A stretch of 64,000 bases of DNA from an uncultured Verrucomicrobiae bacterium (GTDB lineage: Bacteria; Chlamydiota; Chlamydiia; Chlamydiales; Rhabdochlamydiaceae), in the NCBI GenBank assembly GCA_963818965.1, contig CAWFUG010000009.1, positions 64,001 to 128,000 of the forward strand, written 5' to 3'. Below the pieces are notes generated by a model that worked only from the letters and a program-made list of their open reading frames with translations, had not been told where the DNA came from and did no database searches. Positions within the stretch are counted from its first letter, which is position 1, and each line of letters starts with the position of its first letter. Shown here piece after piece: positions 29,087-38,543 of this stretch. The translations under genes were made by a program, and so were the position numbers.

Positions 29087-32026
29087 TCACTTTACTGTCA
29101 CAAAAGTTCCGAGATCGTGGAGGTCTTCCTTGGTGATGAGCTCATAATGGAAATCGTTCTCTGGACTCATCGCTCCCTGCATCAAGATCGCCAGGCGGCG
29201 GGGATTATCTCGGGAGAGGAGCTGATGAGCGATCTCACAAAAGCGGTCGTACTTCAGAGTCGCAAGGCTATCGATCCGCTTATCCAGCCATTGAAAATCA
29301 TCATACTCAAATGCTAATTGATTCCAGAGCGCTGCCATTAGGGGCATATTTTCTGGGGGCATTTTCAGGACGCTGATGAGGCTCGAGCGGATATTTTCAA
29401 AGCGCCCTTCAGGGATCTGTTCGGCGATATTTTTATCAAAGCTCTCGAGGAAGAGCTCGAATCTCGCGAGGAGGTCGATCGGAGCATGGGTGCTCGATTG
29501 GACGGCGAAGAATTGCAGGAGTTGTCTCTCCTCTTCTGTGCTCCATGCCTTTGCGATGTAACCGGTCTGTTGTTTCGTGCGCAATGTATCGAAGAAGGCA
29601 TCGGAAAGGGCTGCGCTTAGCACTTGTTGAATCGCTCTTTTTTCAAAAGTGAAAGAGCCCTCTTCTAAAAGCAACAGAACGCCCGATCCTTGTCGGTCGG
29701 TTGTTTGGGTCAGTTTATAGGGGCCGTATTTTTCTGAGAGGAGGAGGATTTGTTTTTTATACTGGTCAGCTTTTGCAAAGGGTGTGGATCCGATTTTCTC
29801 TTTCAATTGTTGCCACAGAGTACTCGCTGCCGATTTTGTGATATTTCCGTAGAGCATCCCTTCCGTAAAGGTCTTTTGAAATAATCCTTTGGAAAAAGCG
29901 ATGAAGTCGTCGTATTGAATCGATTGTGCCGCTTGGTATTTCGCTTTGTCTGTGGGTGTTTTGAATAGGATTCCATCGAGCTCTTCCATCGCCTGACGGA
30001 TCGGCAATTCCTTAGAGCTGTTGTCGTAATCAGATGAGAGGGAGAGACGATAGATCTCGAACTGCTCTTTGGTAGGGGTAACGTTTTTCAACGTGGAGAA
30101 GATCTCACCCAGCACGAGAGGAGCCTTGTCGCTATAGCCGTTCAACTGGATCCCCAATTCATAATCAGAAGAGTGGAAAGAGCTTAAGAGCCCCCCGCAT
30201 GCCGCCATCGATAGCGTCGGAGAGAGTTTTTCTGAGAGTGCGCGTATATACAGGTCGGAAAGGACTTGAGCTTTGGCACTGTTATCGAGTAGGGGAGATT
30301 TGAAAGTAAACAGAAAGGAAATTTCTGGGACGTGGTAACGCGCATCTTCTGCATAGAAGATTTTAGCTCCATCATCGGAAAAAAGCGCGGTGGGTGTTAC
30401 CATTTTCCCTTTGGCATCAGAAAGAGAGATGAGATTGAGATCAGCGGGAATGTAGGGGTTTTTCATCGGCAATTGGATCGCAGGAATCACTGTCGTTTTA
30501 TCCCAGGCGAGGAGTTCTTCTTTGGCGATGGGTCGGATCGCGTATTCAGCATTCATCCACTTTTCTTTGATGTCGGGGGTGACTTTTGTCTTTGCGGGAT
30601 CGCCTAGGACGAAATAGATGCAATTTTCTGCCTTGAGCGTATTCGCGAAGGCATCGATCGCTTCTGGTTGGAATTCAGTCGGAATTTGCGTCTTCAAGGG
30701 ATAGGTCGCGAGGTCTTCGTAGGGCATCTCGCTTGTGAGTTGCGAGATCGCCGCATAGGCATCTTCTCTAGACTGATATTGGTAATTGAGTTTTGCCATC
30801 GTCTGGATCTCTTGGAAGAGATGGAGGGGAAAGCCCTCTTTTTTCAGGCGTGCAATCGCCTGGAAAACGCGTTCGATCACTGTATTGATCTGAGTGATTC
30901 CCTCGTCTGTAAGCGAGATCTCGACGGTGAAAAATTGACTGTCTTTGCTGAAGCGTTCGCAGCCTGCACGGACAGATTCAGCGAGCTTTTCTTTTTTGAG
31001 CGCTTGCGCGAGGCTATTTTCCCTTTCTGCATTGAGGGCAGAAGCGACGAGATCGGGGATCCTCGTGTCTGAATCTCTAGCGAATTGTTTCGGCACTTCC
31101 CAGTTCAAAGAGAGCTCCTTAATGTCTCTTACAGGTCGAATGAAAATCATAGACCCACGCTGATTGGCAGAGGAGATCGTCGCAGGAAGCGCTCTTTCTT
31201 TGACAGTGCGTGCGGGGACTGTAGAGAAGTCTTGGACAGCGAGGGCTTTGAGTTCCTCTAAAGGCAGCGGGGAAATGATCGCGAGATGGATCCGATCGGC
31301 GCTATAGTGAGATTGGTACCAACTCTTGAGAGCTGATTGGGGAATGCCGGAGAGCGTTTGGGCATTTCCTGTGGAAAAAGAGGAGTTGGGATGTTCTGGA
31401 TTGCCTGTCTCTTTGAGGATCATGTACTGGCGCCAGCCATCGTGCTCGATGTTTTTTGCGTGCTCTTGATCGACTGCATGTAATTCCCGATTGATGCAGT
31501 TCGGAGAAAAGAGGGGATCGATGAAAAAATGAGAGAAGCGGTCAAGAGCTTCTTCAAACCTGTTATTATTGATCGAAAAGAGGTAGCAGGTGCGATCCGG
31601 TGCGGTGAAGGCGTTGACCTTCCCTCCGTGGTCGGTGATGAATTGCATGTATTCGAATTCATTCGGATAAGCTCCGGTTCCCATGAAAAGCATGTGTTCA
31701 CAAAAATGGGCCATCCCTGGGTATTGCTCGGGATCGTCCCAGGAACCCGCTTCGACAGCAACCCCTGCAGCTGACTGATCGACACCGGGATCGGAGATTA
31801 AAAGGACTTTGAGCCCGTTGTGCAAGATCAGCTTTTCGACGCTCCTTCCCTCCATCGCTGGATTGAGGATGGGAAGGGTCGCTAAATCGCGCACGACCTG
31901 GTAAGAGAGAGCTTCAGAGGTTGATGCTGAGGCGACAGCTTCTTCGGCAGAGAGAGGCGCGCTGAAGAGGGTTAGAGAGAATAGCAGGGAGGCTAGGGGG
32001 ACTAATTTGAACATCTGTCGTCTCAT
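29087..32026 (-). CDS. ptr: Insulinase/pitrilysin family (M16A) metalloprotease, exported
   Basis: Signal peptide, GMAHFCEHMLFMG (HxxEH), NAFT and LRTKQQTGY motifs. Confidence 0.92.
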   Translation of the reverse strand: MRRQMFKLVPLASLLFSLTLFSAPLSAEEAVASASTSEALSYQVVRDLATLPILNPAMEGRSVEKLILHNGLKVLLISDPGVDQSAAGVAVEAGSWDDPEQYPGMAHFCEHMLFMGTGAYPNEFEYMQFITDHGGKVNAFTAPDRTCYLFSINNNRFEEALDRFSHFFIDPLFSPNCINRELHAVDQEHAKNIEHDGWRQYMILKETGNPEHPNSSFSTGNAQTLSGIPQSALKSWYQSHYSADRIHLAIISPLPLEELKALAVQDFSTVPARTVKERALPATISSANQRGSMIFIRPVRDIKELSLNWEVPKQFARDSDTRIPDLVASALNAERENSLAQALKKEKLAESVRAGCERFSKDSQFFTVEISLTDEGITQINTVIERVFQAIARLKKEGFPLHLFQEIQTMAKLNYQYQSREDAYAAISQLTSEMPYEDLATYPLKTQIPTEFQPEAIDAFANTLKAENCIYFVLGDPAKTKVTPDIKEKWMNAEYAIRPIAKEELLAWDKTTVIPAIQLPMKNPYIPADLNLISLSDAKGKMVTPTALFSDDGAKIFYAEDARYHVPEISFLFTFKSPLLDNSAKAQVLSDLYIRALSEKLSPTLSMAACGGLLSSFHSSDYELGIQLNGYSDKAPLVLGEIFSTLKNVTPTKEQFEIYRLSLSSDYDNSSKELPIRQAMEELDGILFKTPTDKAKYQAAQSIQYDDFIAFSKGLFQKTFTEGMLYGNITKSAASTLWQQLKEKIGSTPFAKADQYKKQILLLSEKYGPYKLTQTTDRQGSGVLLLLEEGSFTFEKRAIQQVLSAALSDAFFDTLRTKQQTGYIAKAWSTEEERQLLQFFAVQSSTHAPIDLLARFELFLESFDKNIAEQIPEGRFENIRSSLISVLKMPPENMPLMAALWNQLAFEYDDFQWLDKRIDSLATLKYDRFCEIAHQLLSRDNPRRLAILMQGAMSPENDFHYELITKEDLHDLGTFVTVK

Positions 32027-32081
32027 CGCTCAATCCTTTGGTTAAAAACACTTATATAACAAAAACGTTACACCCAAACAA

Positions 32082-32116
32082 GCTCAAATTCGCAATTCCT
32101 GACCGGGCGAGGTATA
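32082..32116. repeat. Family B half-element
   Basis: gctcaaattcgcaattcctgaccgggcgaggtata matches the B1 arm. Confidence 0.75.
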
Positions 32117-32132
32117 ACCAAGAAAAATCGAG

Positions 32133-32259
32133 CATGATCTAGTTCCCCATCAGTCTGTTCTGAATATACGCAATTTCACCACAGAGGGGGAAACCACAGA
32201 GGAGAAATTTTTAAATATGAATTTCCTCTCTGTGGTGAAACTCAACTATTTATGCAACA
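32133..32259. repeat. Family E repeat, copy E4
   Basis: tttcaccacagagggggaaaccacagag...ctctgtggtgaaa, with flanks shared with E2 and E5. Confidence 0.85.
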
Positions 32260-32277
32260 GATCCTTAGCAAATTGGT

Positions 32278-33282
32278 TCAGGGGAATAGCGCGTACTGGC
32301 TACAGACCCATTCCCAGATCGAGTGGGCGCGTGCGGCCCTGCGTTCCCATTTGTCGGGAAGATCGGAGCCGGGATAGTTTTCCATATCGATTTGGGGGCC
32401 AAAGGCCATGTGGATGCGCGCGCATTTGGCCAGGCGCAGCTCTCCTAATTCCCTTTGGACGGTCTCAGGCGGAGGGACCAATTCAGAGGTCTTGAGAGCC
32501 AGCGGATAAAAGTGGGTCGGGTGGCCTGCGCGCTGTGCCATGAGGTAGAGCATCTCGATGCTCCGCGGGTCATAAGCTGAGATCTCGATAATGCCTTCTT
32601 TATTAGGGCGATCCCTTCCTCCACTCGGCGCGACGTAGATCGCTTTACCCCCTTCGCTGAGTAGTTCGCTCATCAATTCCATCGTTCGCTTGTTATGGAG
32701 CTGCTTTTTCAGTTTATCTTCGGGGGGGTGATCGATGTAGCGTTTGGAGTAGATGCAGAGTAAATTTCTCCCCATACTAAATACGATAGCAAGTGGATCG
32801 GTAATTACGCGCTCTCCTGCCACGAAAATCATCTCTTCGGCAAATTTTGGAGCGTGGTTCTCTAACAAAATGCTGATCGCATGGGGATCTGCCTCTGTTT
32901 GGTGGTTGGCCAAGAAGATCGCGTTTTCTCCGCGCCCTAAAGAGGCGATGATCTCGTCTAGCTCTTCTAATCCCTCGATGTGGCAAGCGGGGAGATCGAC
33001 GAGGGGTTTTAACATGTCGATTCCGAGTTGATAATGGTCGAGAGGAGAGCGAATCCTCTCGTGGTAGAGCTGAAAGGAAAAAGGATCTTGGCACTGCTGT
33101 TTGACGAGATCGATAAATTTCAAAAAGAGCTCTTCATGCTGAGAAAATGTCAGCGGTTGCAACACTTGCTCATATCCTGAGAAGAACGTTCTTAAAATTT
33201 CAGCGTATCTCTCAGGGATGAGTCCCTGATTTCTTAGAGAATCGATCTTCTGAAAGATGAGATGGGCGGGGCTGGTTTTCAT
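32278..33282 (-). CDS. plsB: Glycerol-3-phosphate acyltransferase, plant/chlamydial type
   Basis: NHQTEADP (HX4D), FSMGRNLLCIYSK and APSGGRDRP motifs. Confidence 0.9.
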   Translation of the reverse strand: MKTSPAHLIFQKIDSLRNQGLIPERYAEILRTFFSGYEQVLQPLTFSQHEELFLKFIDLVKQQCQDPFSFQLYHERIRSPLDHYQLGIDMLKPLVDLPACHIEGLEELDEIIASLGRGENAIFLANHQTEADPHAISILLENHAPKFAEEMIFVAGERVITDPLAIVFSMGRNLLCIYSKRYIDHPPEDKLKKQLHNKRTMELMSELLSEGGKAIYVAPSGGRDRPNKEGIIEISAYDPRSIEMLYLMAQRAGHPTHFYPLALKTSELVPPPETVQRELGELRLAKCARIHMAFGPQIDMENYPGSDLPDKWERRAARAHSIWEWVCSQYALFP

Positions 33283-34824
33283 TTATACTTCGATCTTTTT
33301 GCCGTTAATTGTCGAATAGAATTCGAACTCATTCAGATGGAGGTTATCGCTTTTACCAAAGCGCAACTCTGCATTGAGTTTATGCGCGATTTTAGAAAAG
33401 TAATCCTTATCGTGGTGGTTCAGGTAGTGGTCCAATTCAGGGTGGGAAACGAGTTCCAGACCGAAGTGACTTTGTTGTTGGATCAATTTTTTAAGAGATC
33501 TTTCGATTTCTACAGAGACGCTTTCGTGATTTTTAATGTGGCCACTTCCGCTACAATAAGGGCAAGCGACGAACATCGTCTGCATGAGCGATTCTCTGCT
33601 ACGCTGACGTGTCATCTCTACTAGGCCAAATTCACTCATGCCTAAAATCGTGCACTTCGCAGAGTCATCCTTCATCGCCTCTTTTAAGCGATCGAGCACG
33701 CGTCTTTGATTCCGCCTTGAGCGCATGTCGATGAAGTCGCAGATGACGAGCCCTCCGATATTGCGGATTTGTAACTGTCGTGCGATCTCTTCTGCTGCTT
33801 CCATATTGATTCGTACAAGTGACTCTTCGACATCTGAGTTTTTTTGCGACGAGCTGCGTCCTGAGTTGACGTCGATGGTATACATCGCCTCTGTCTTATC
33901 GAAAAATAGATAGCCTCCACTAGGGAGCCAAATCTTTCGCTTGAGTGCCCGTTCGATTTCCTTTTCGACATTGAACCGCTCGAACATCGGTGTCTTATCC
34001 CGGTAGAGCTCGATTCTAATCGGATGTTCGGTACTGTATCTCTCATAGAGTCGCTTGCACCGTTGGTACGTCGCGTAATCATCGACGAGGAGGCGATCGA
34101 ATTTCTTGTCGACAGCGGTCATGACCGCGCGTTTGATCAGGTCTGACTCCTCATAGAGACACACCGATTTGCTCGACTTGTGGAATCCCTCGACGATTCC
34201 TTGCCACGTCTTGAAGAGCTCGTTAGCCTCTTCGATCAGCATTTCTGTCGTCGCATTCATACTCGCCGTGCGGCAGATCAGCCCCATGTCTTGTGGCATT
34301 TCAAACGCGCGGATCAACTTTTTCAGCCGGTCTCGCGAAGCTGGATCTTCGATTTTACGCGAGACACCTCGGTGGAACGTATTGGGTAGCAGGACGAGAT
34401 AGCGGCCTGCAATCGAAATATTAGAAGTGAGTCGAGCTCCCTTGGTCCCGATCGGCTCTTTGACGACCTGCACCAAGACGGGTTGATCGAGTTTTAGAAT
34501 TTTGGCGATGTCGGTCTCTTTCTTTTGCTTCGCTTGGGCTTCTGCCAGATCGTAATCCCAATCGAAGTCCATTTCGAACATCTCTTGGAACTTCTGCGTG
34601 TTTTCTAAGATATCGGAGATGTGGATAAATCCGTTTTCTCCTTCGTTGATGTCGATAAAAGCCGATTGGATGTTATGGAGGATGTTCGTCACTTTGCCGC
34701 GGTAGACATTCCCTGTCATTTGGCGATTTTTTTTCCGTTCGATCACTAAATCGTAGAGAATTCCATTTTTAAGCACTGCATAGCGGATCTCTTTCGATTC
34801 GATATTGAGGAGGATTTCTTGCAT
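33283..34824 (-). CDS. rng: Ribonuclease E/G
   Basis: S1 domain, KEPIGTKGARL, IDVNSG, IGGLVICDFIDM and CPYCSGSG motifs. Confidence 0.95.
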   Translation of the reverse strand: MQEILLNIESKEIRYAVLKNGILYDLVIERKKNRQMTGNVYRGKVTNILHNIQSAFIDINEGENGFIHISDILENTQKFQEMFEMDFDWDYDLAEAQAKQKKETDIAKILKLDQPVLVQVVKEPIGTKGARLTSNISIAGRYLVLLPNTFHRGVSRKIEDPASRDRLKKLIRAFEMPQDMGLICRTASMNATTEMLIEEANELFKTWQGIVEGFHKSSKSVCLYEESDLIKRAVMTAVDKKFDRLLVDDYATYQRCKRLYERYSTEHPIRIELYRDKTPMFERFNVEKEIERALKRKIWLPSGGYLFFDKTEAMYTIDVNSGRSSSQKNSDVEESLVRINMEAAEEIARQLQIRNIGGLVICDFIDMRSRRNQRRVLDRLKEAMKDDSAKCTILGMSEFGLVEMTRQRSRESLMQTMFVACPYCSGSGHIKNHESVSVEIERSLKKLIQQQSHFGLELVSHPELDHYLNHHDKDYFSKIAHKLNAELRFGKSDNLHLNEFEFYSTINGKKIEV

Positions 34825-34843
34825 GGGATCCTTCTAGTAGGTA

Positions 34844-35005
34844 GAGCCAGTTGCAAAACTCGGGCACCCAGTAAAACCGCGCTTTTGAGCCATTTTGTCA
34901 TCCCGCTACCGAGCCCTACCCCTTGGGGTATGTGCTCGGTAGCGGGATGACAAAATGGCTCAAAATCATCGATTTTTCTGGGCACTCGAGTTTTGAAACC
35001 GGCTC
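34844..35005. repeat. Family G palindromic element (162 nt) just upstream of rng
   Basis: Perfect 32-bp stem at 34883-34914/34934-34965, with imperfect outer arms gagccagttgcaaaactcg / cgagttttgaaaccggctc. Confidence 0.85.
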
Positions 35006-35115
35006 GGTGGTCTAATTTTGTTGCAAGTCCGTTGGTTGTAAATATTTTTTAACAACACGGTTGCATGTGTCAAAGTGTAGAGGATTTTGCGTTGTTTTTC
35101 TAGAAAAAATGGGAT

Positions 35116-35511
35116 TTATTTTTTCTTCGGAGAGTGGCGTTGTTGGACTTTTCTCTGGGCTTGAGTTTGTTTCTGGAGCACTTTGGTCCAGCGGCCGCCC
35201 TCTTTGTGTGGGTAGGCAGGGGTAGAGTCGTTGGGGACCATACCGGGAGTCGTTCTTTTAGATACCCCTTTCTTCTTGGCAGGCCCCTTTTTGACAACGC
35301 CTTTTTTCATTGAGGCGCGTTGTTCTTCTTCTTTTTTGGCGACCTTTTTAGGGAGTTTTTTGAGTGTCTTCTTAGGTTTTAGCGTAGGGCTCGATTCCTT
35401 TATGGGCTTGACGGGCACGGGTTTGACGAGATAGGCTTTTTGCGCTTTGTGTACTTCTTTTTTCATTTTTTTCTGGTTCTTCTGCGTCATAGGACGTTTG
35501 CCACGGTTCAT
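35116..35511 (-). CDS. Small very basic Lys-rich protein
   Basis: 131 aa from MNRGKRP with a GAGG SD and many KK/KP motifs. No family recognised. Confidence 0.6.
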   Translation of the reverse strand: MNRGKRPMTQKNQKKMKKEVHKAQKAYLVKPVPVKPIKESSPTLKPKKTLKKLPKKVAKKEEEQRASMKKGVVKKGPAKKKGVSKRTTPGMVPNDSTPAYPHKEGGRWTKVLQKQTQAQRKVQQRHSPKKK

Positions 35512-35613
35512 AGAGCCTCGAGATGTAGTGTTTCTCGTGACTGTATCTGTTAATGATTTTTTTGAAAAGAGAGTACTTTGATTTGTCTTTTTGTTTGTGT
35601 ATAGTTTGGACGT

Positions 35614-37472
35614 ATGCGAAAAAACCCAAACTACCTCGCTTTCGTGCCGAAGCTCTTTACCTGTCTTTTTCAGGAGCCTTACAATTGGCACATGTTGAGA
35701 AAAGATCTCCTTGCGGGGGCTACAGTAGGGGTCGTAGCTCTTCCCTTGGCGATGGCATTCGCGATCGCATCGGGGGTCCCCCCAGAAAAGGGACTCTATA
35801 CAGCCATCATCGCGGGATTTTTGATCTCATTATTCGGAGGGAGTCGAGTACAGATTGGAGGGCCGACGGGCGCCTTTGTCGTCATCGTCTATAGCATTGT
35901 CCAAAGGCAGGGGTATGAGGGGCTCCTCCTGGCTACTTTGCTTGCTGGAGTGATCCTTCTCATCGCCGGATTTGCGCGCTTAGGCACGTTGATTAAATAC
36001 ATCCCCTACCCGTTAGTGACGGGGTTCACCTCCGCGATTGCCCTCATCATCTTCTCCTCTCAGGTCAAAGATTTTTTCGGACTGCGATTAACTGAAGTTC
36101 CCGCCGATTTTCTTTCGAAGTGGAAGGCTTTTTTTCAGGCGGCAGGGACGGGAGATCTGTGGACTTTAGGGGTGAGTGCTTCGACTCTTGCGCTGATTCT
36201 CTTCATCCGCCGATTTTTTCCGAAGATTCCTTGGGGAATCGTCTCCATCGGCGTAATTACTCTTCTCGTCGCTTTGTTCCACATTCCTGTCGAGACGATT
36301 CAGAAGCGCTTTGGAGAGATTCCACACATGTTGCCGACACCCGGGCTTATACCCCACTCGGTCAGAAACTTGGAATTTGGGCTGCGTGAAAGCTCCCGCG
36401 ATTCCACGATCGGGGAGGGGGCCAGTATTGAGGAAATACAGGCCCCTGCCCCGATCGTAGAATCCCGGGGGTTTGACGCGCCCAAATTCCAAGTTTCTGA
36501 CCGAGTGGGGTATACCCCTTTTTCTTGGGATTTCGCGAAGTTGCAGCAACTCTTTCCCGATGCGATGACGATCGCTTTACTCGCTGGAATAGAATCGCTC
36601 CTCTCTGCGGTGGTCGCCGATGGGATGATCGGGGGCGCCATCGATCGAACTGCGAACTCATCGCTCAGGGACTTGCTAACATCGGCTCTTGTTTTTTTGG
36701 AGGCATCCCTGCCACAGGGGCGATCGCTCGGACGGCTGTCAACATTAAGTCGGGCGGGAGAACTCCGATTGCTGGGATCGTGCATGCGGCCACGCTGCTT
36801 CTGATCATTTTGATGCTCTCTCCTGTCGTTAGCCTCATTCCCTTGGGCGGTCTGGCCGCTGTGCTCGTCATGATCTCCTGGGATATGAGTGAAATCAAAC
36901 GATTCCGCCGCCTGTTTCAGGCGCCAGCAGGAGATATCGCTGTTTTACTGACCACTTTTTTCCTGACTATTTTCATCGATTTATCGGTTGCTGTCGCCAT
37001 CGGGATGATCCTCGCAGCCTTTCTCTTCATCAGGAGAATGAGCGAATTATCCAAGGTCGTTCCGATGACCTCCCTGATGAAAGAGGATGAGGAGGAGATA
37101 GAAGACCCCGATGCGATTTCCAACAAAACAATCCCTGCCTTAGTAGAGGTGTATGAGATCGATGGGCCTTTCTTTTTCGGGGTTGCAGACAGCCTGCAAA
37201 ACCTGCTATTCCAGTTGGAAAAGCCTCCCAAAGTCTTCATTTTGCGGATGCGAAAAGTTCCCGTGATCGATGCCTCTGGACTGCATGCCTTAAATGAATT
37301 TTACGATCGCTGTATGAAACGGGATACGCAATTGATCTTATCAGGAGTACGCCGGGAACTCTACAACTCGATCCAGCAATATGGGATTGAGAAAAAAATT
37401 GGCCAGAAAAATATCGTCTCCCATATCGATGCGGCTCTAAGGCGCGCCGAAGATCTCCTCAAATCTGTTTAG
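35614..37472 (+). CDS. SulP family anion transporter with STAS domain (in-frame palindromic insertion and a 1-nt frameshift at 36631-36635)
   Basis: KDLLAGATVGVVALPLAMAFAIASG, GGPTGA, ELIAQGLAN, ATGAIART, GPFFFG and IDASG motifs, split over two frames. Confidence 0.92.
36348..36514. mobile_element. Family B palindromic element, copy B2, inserted in frame in SulP
   Basis: Perfect inverted repeat tataccccactcggtcagaaacttggaatttgggc / gcccaaattccaagtttctgaccgagtggggtata. The length is 167 nt, i.e. 165 plus a duplicated TA. Confidence 0.92.
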
Positions 37473-38345
37473 TACTTTCCTGGGTGAGATGAAGTGACGC
37501 CACTGGGTGTTCTTAAATCTCGAAGGGGGAAGCCACCACGGGGGTAGGGCGAGTTGTCCGCGCTTCCAGTCGGGGCGCCACAGACGCATCCGTTTCTCAT
37601 CGCTCGCGATTGTCACGGTGGGAAGATCTAGATTTGAGCCTAAATGTCCGAGAAGAGAATCATTTCCGATCACAAACCCCGATTCATAGACAAATGCGGC
37701 AAGTGCGCCTAAATTCGGAAAATCTATACTCTCAAATGCGTCGCATTTCCACTCCAAGCGTTCCTGAGGGCTCATACAAAAGATGGGGGAGAACCCCTTC
37801 GCGCACAGTTTCTTCGCTAGAGAAAAATAAGAAGAGAGCAGCCAGTTCTTCGCCGTCTCTCGGCTAAACGGGTGGAGGATGACCCGTTTTACGTATTTGC
37901 GATGTGTTAAATGGACGGGGGGAGCGATCCCGTTGTTTTTGGAGGGAAATTTGAGCTGTAATAGGGTACCGATCGATTTACCGATGTTTTCCGCCATCGG
38001 TAGATTAGGATCGAATACGAAATCATTGGGAGTTAAAGGGGCATGCTTGTGCGGGGAATAGGTCGGATAAAACATGCTGACGATCGGCCTCAGTTCTTTG
38101 AGGAATGTAGCGATCCGAGGAGAATTGTCATTCTCTACGACGATGAGATCAAAAGAAGAGAGGAGGGTCGTTGTCGGGTTTTGAAGAGGGGAGAGGCATT
38201 GCCCAGGAAACCAAGAGGCGAGTTCGGGCAAGGGGTCGTGGAAGGTCGTGACATGATAGCCTGCCTTTTTCAGATGATGGGAGGCGATCATCATCAAGAG
38301 ACCATCTCCAATGCCCAAAGCGGGTAACACAGCAGCTTTTTTCAC
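37437..38345 (-). CDS. Glycosyltransferase family 9 (heptosyltransferase-like)
   Basis: GIGDGLL, ILHPFS...KNW and IGNDSLLGHL motifs. Confidence 0.8.
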   Translation of the reverse strand: MKKAAVLPALGIGDGLLMMIASHHLKKAGYHVTTFHDPLPELASWFPGQCLSPLQNPTTTLLSSFDLIVVENDNSPRIATFLKELRPIVSMFYPTYSPHKHAPLTPNDFVFDPNLPMAENIGKSIGTLLQLKFPSKNNGIAPPVHLTHRKYVKRVILHPFSRETAKNWLLSSYFSLAKKLCAKGFSPIFCMSPQERLEWKCDAFESIDFPNLGALAAFVYESGFVIGNDSLLGHLGSNLDLPTVTIASDEKRMRLWRPDWKRGQLALPPWWLPPSRFKNTQWRHFISPRKVLNRFEEIFGAP

Positions 38346-38420
38346 GGGTGCTCCGTTTTGGGTATGAGTCTACAGGGAGTTGCCTTAAGATTTCGAGAAA
38401 ATTTTAGTGGGACGCATCCT

Positions 38421-38476
38421 GCGCGGCCCTACGGGCAACTTTTGAGTCTACTTGGCTATAAGCGCGCGGGGTATAT
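38421..38476. repeat. Composite of a family C half and a family D end
   Basis: gcgcggccctacgggcaacttttgagtctacttggctata joined to agcgcgcggggtata. Confidence 0.7.
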
Positions 38477-38510
38477 AAAAAAAGCCTGTTGGGGAGACCC
38501 CAACAGGCTT
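38477..38510 (-). terminator. groEL intrinsic terminator
   Basis: aagcctgttgggg-aga-ccccaacaggctt stem with an A-run, which is a U-tract on the minus strand. Confidence 0.85.
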
Positions 38511-38543
38511 AAGAAGCATTGCGAAGAAGCGCTCTTATTTGCG

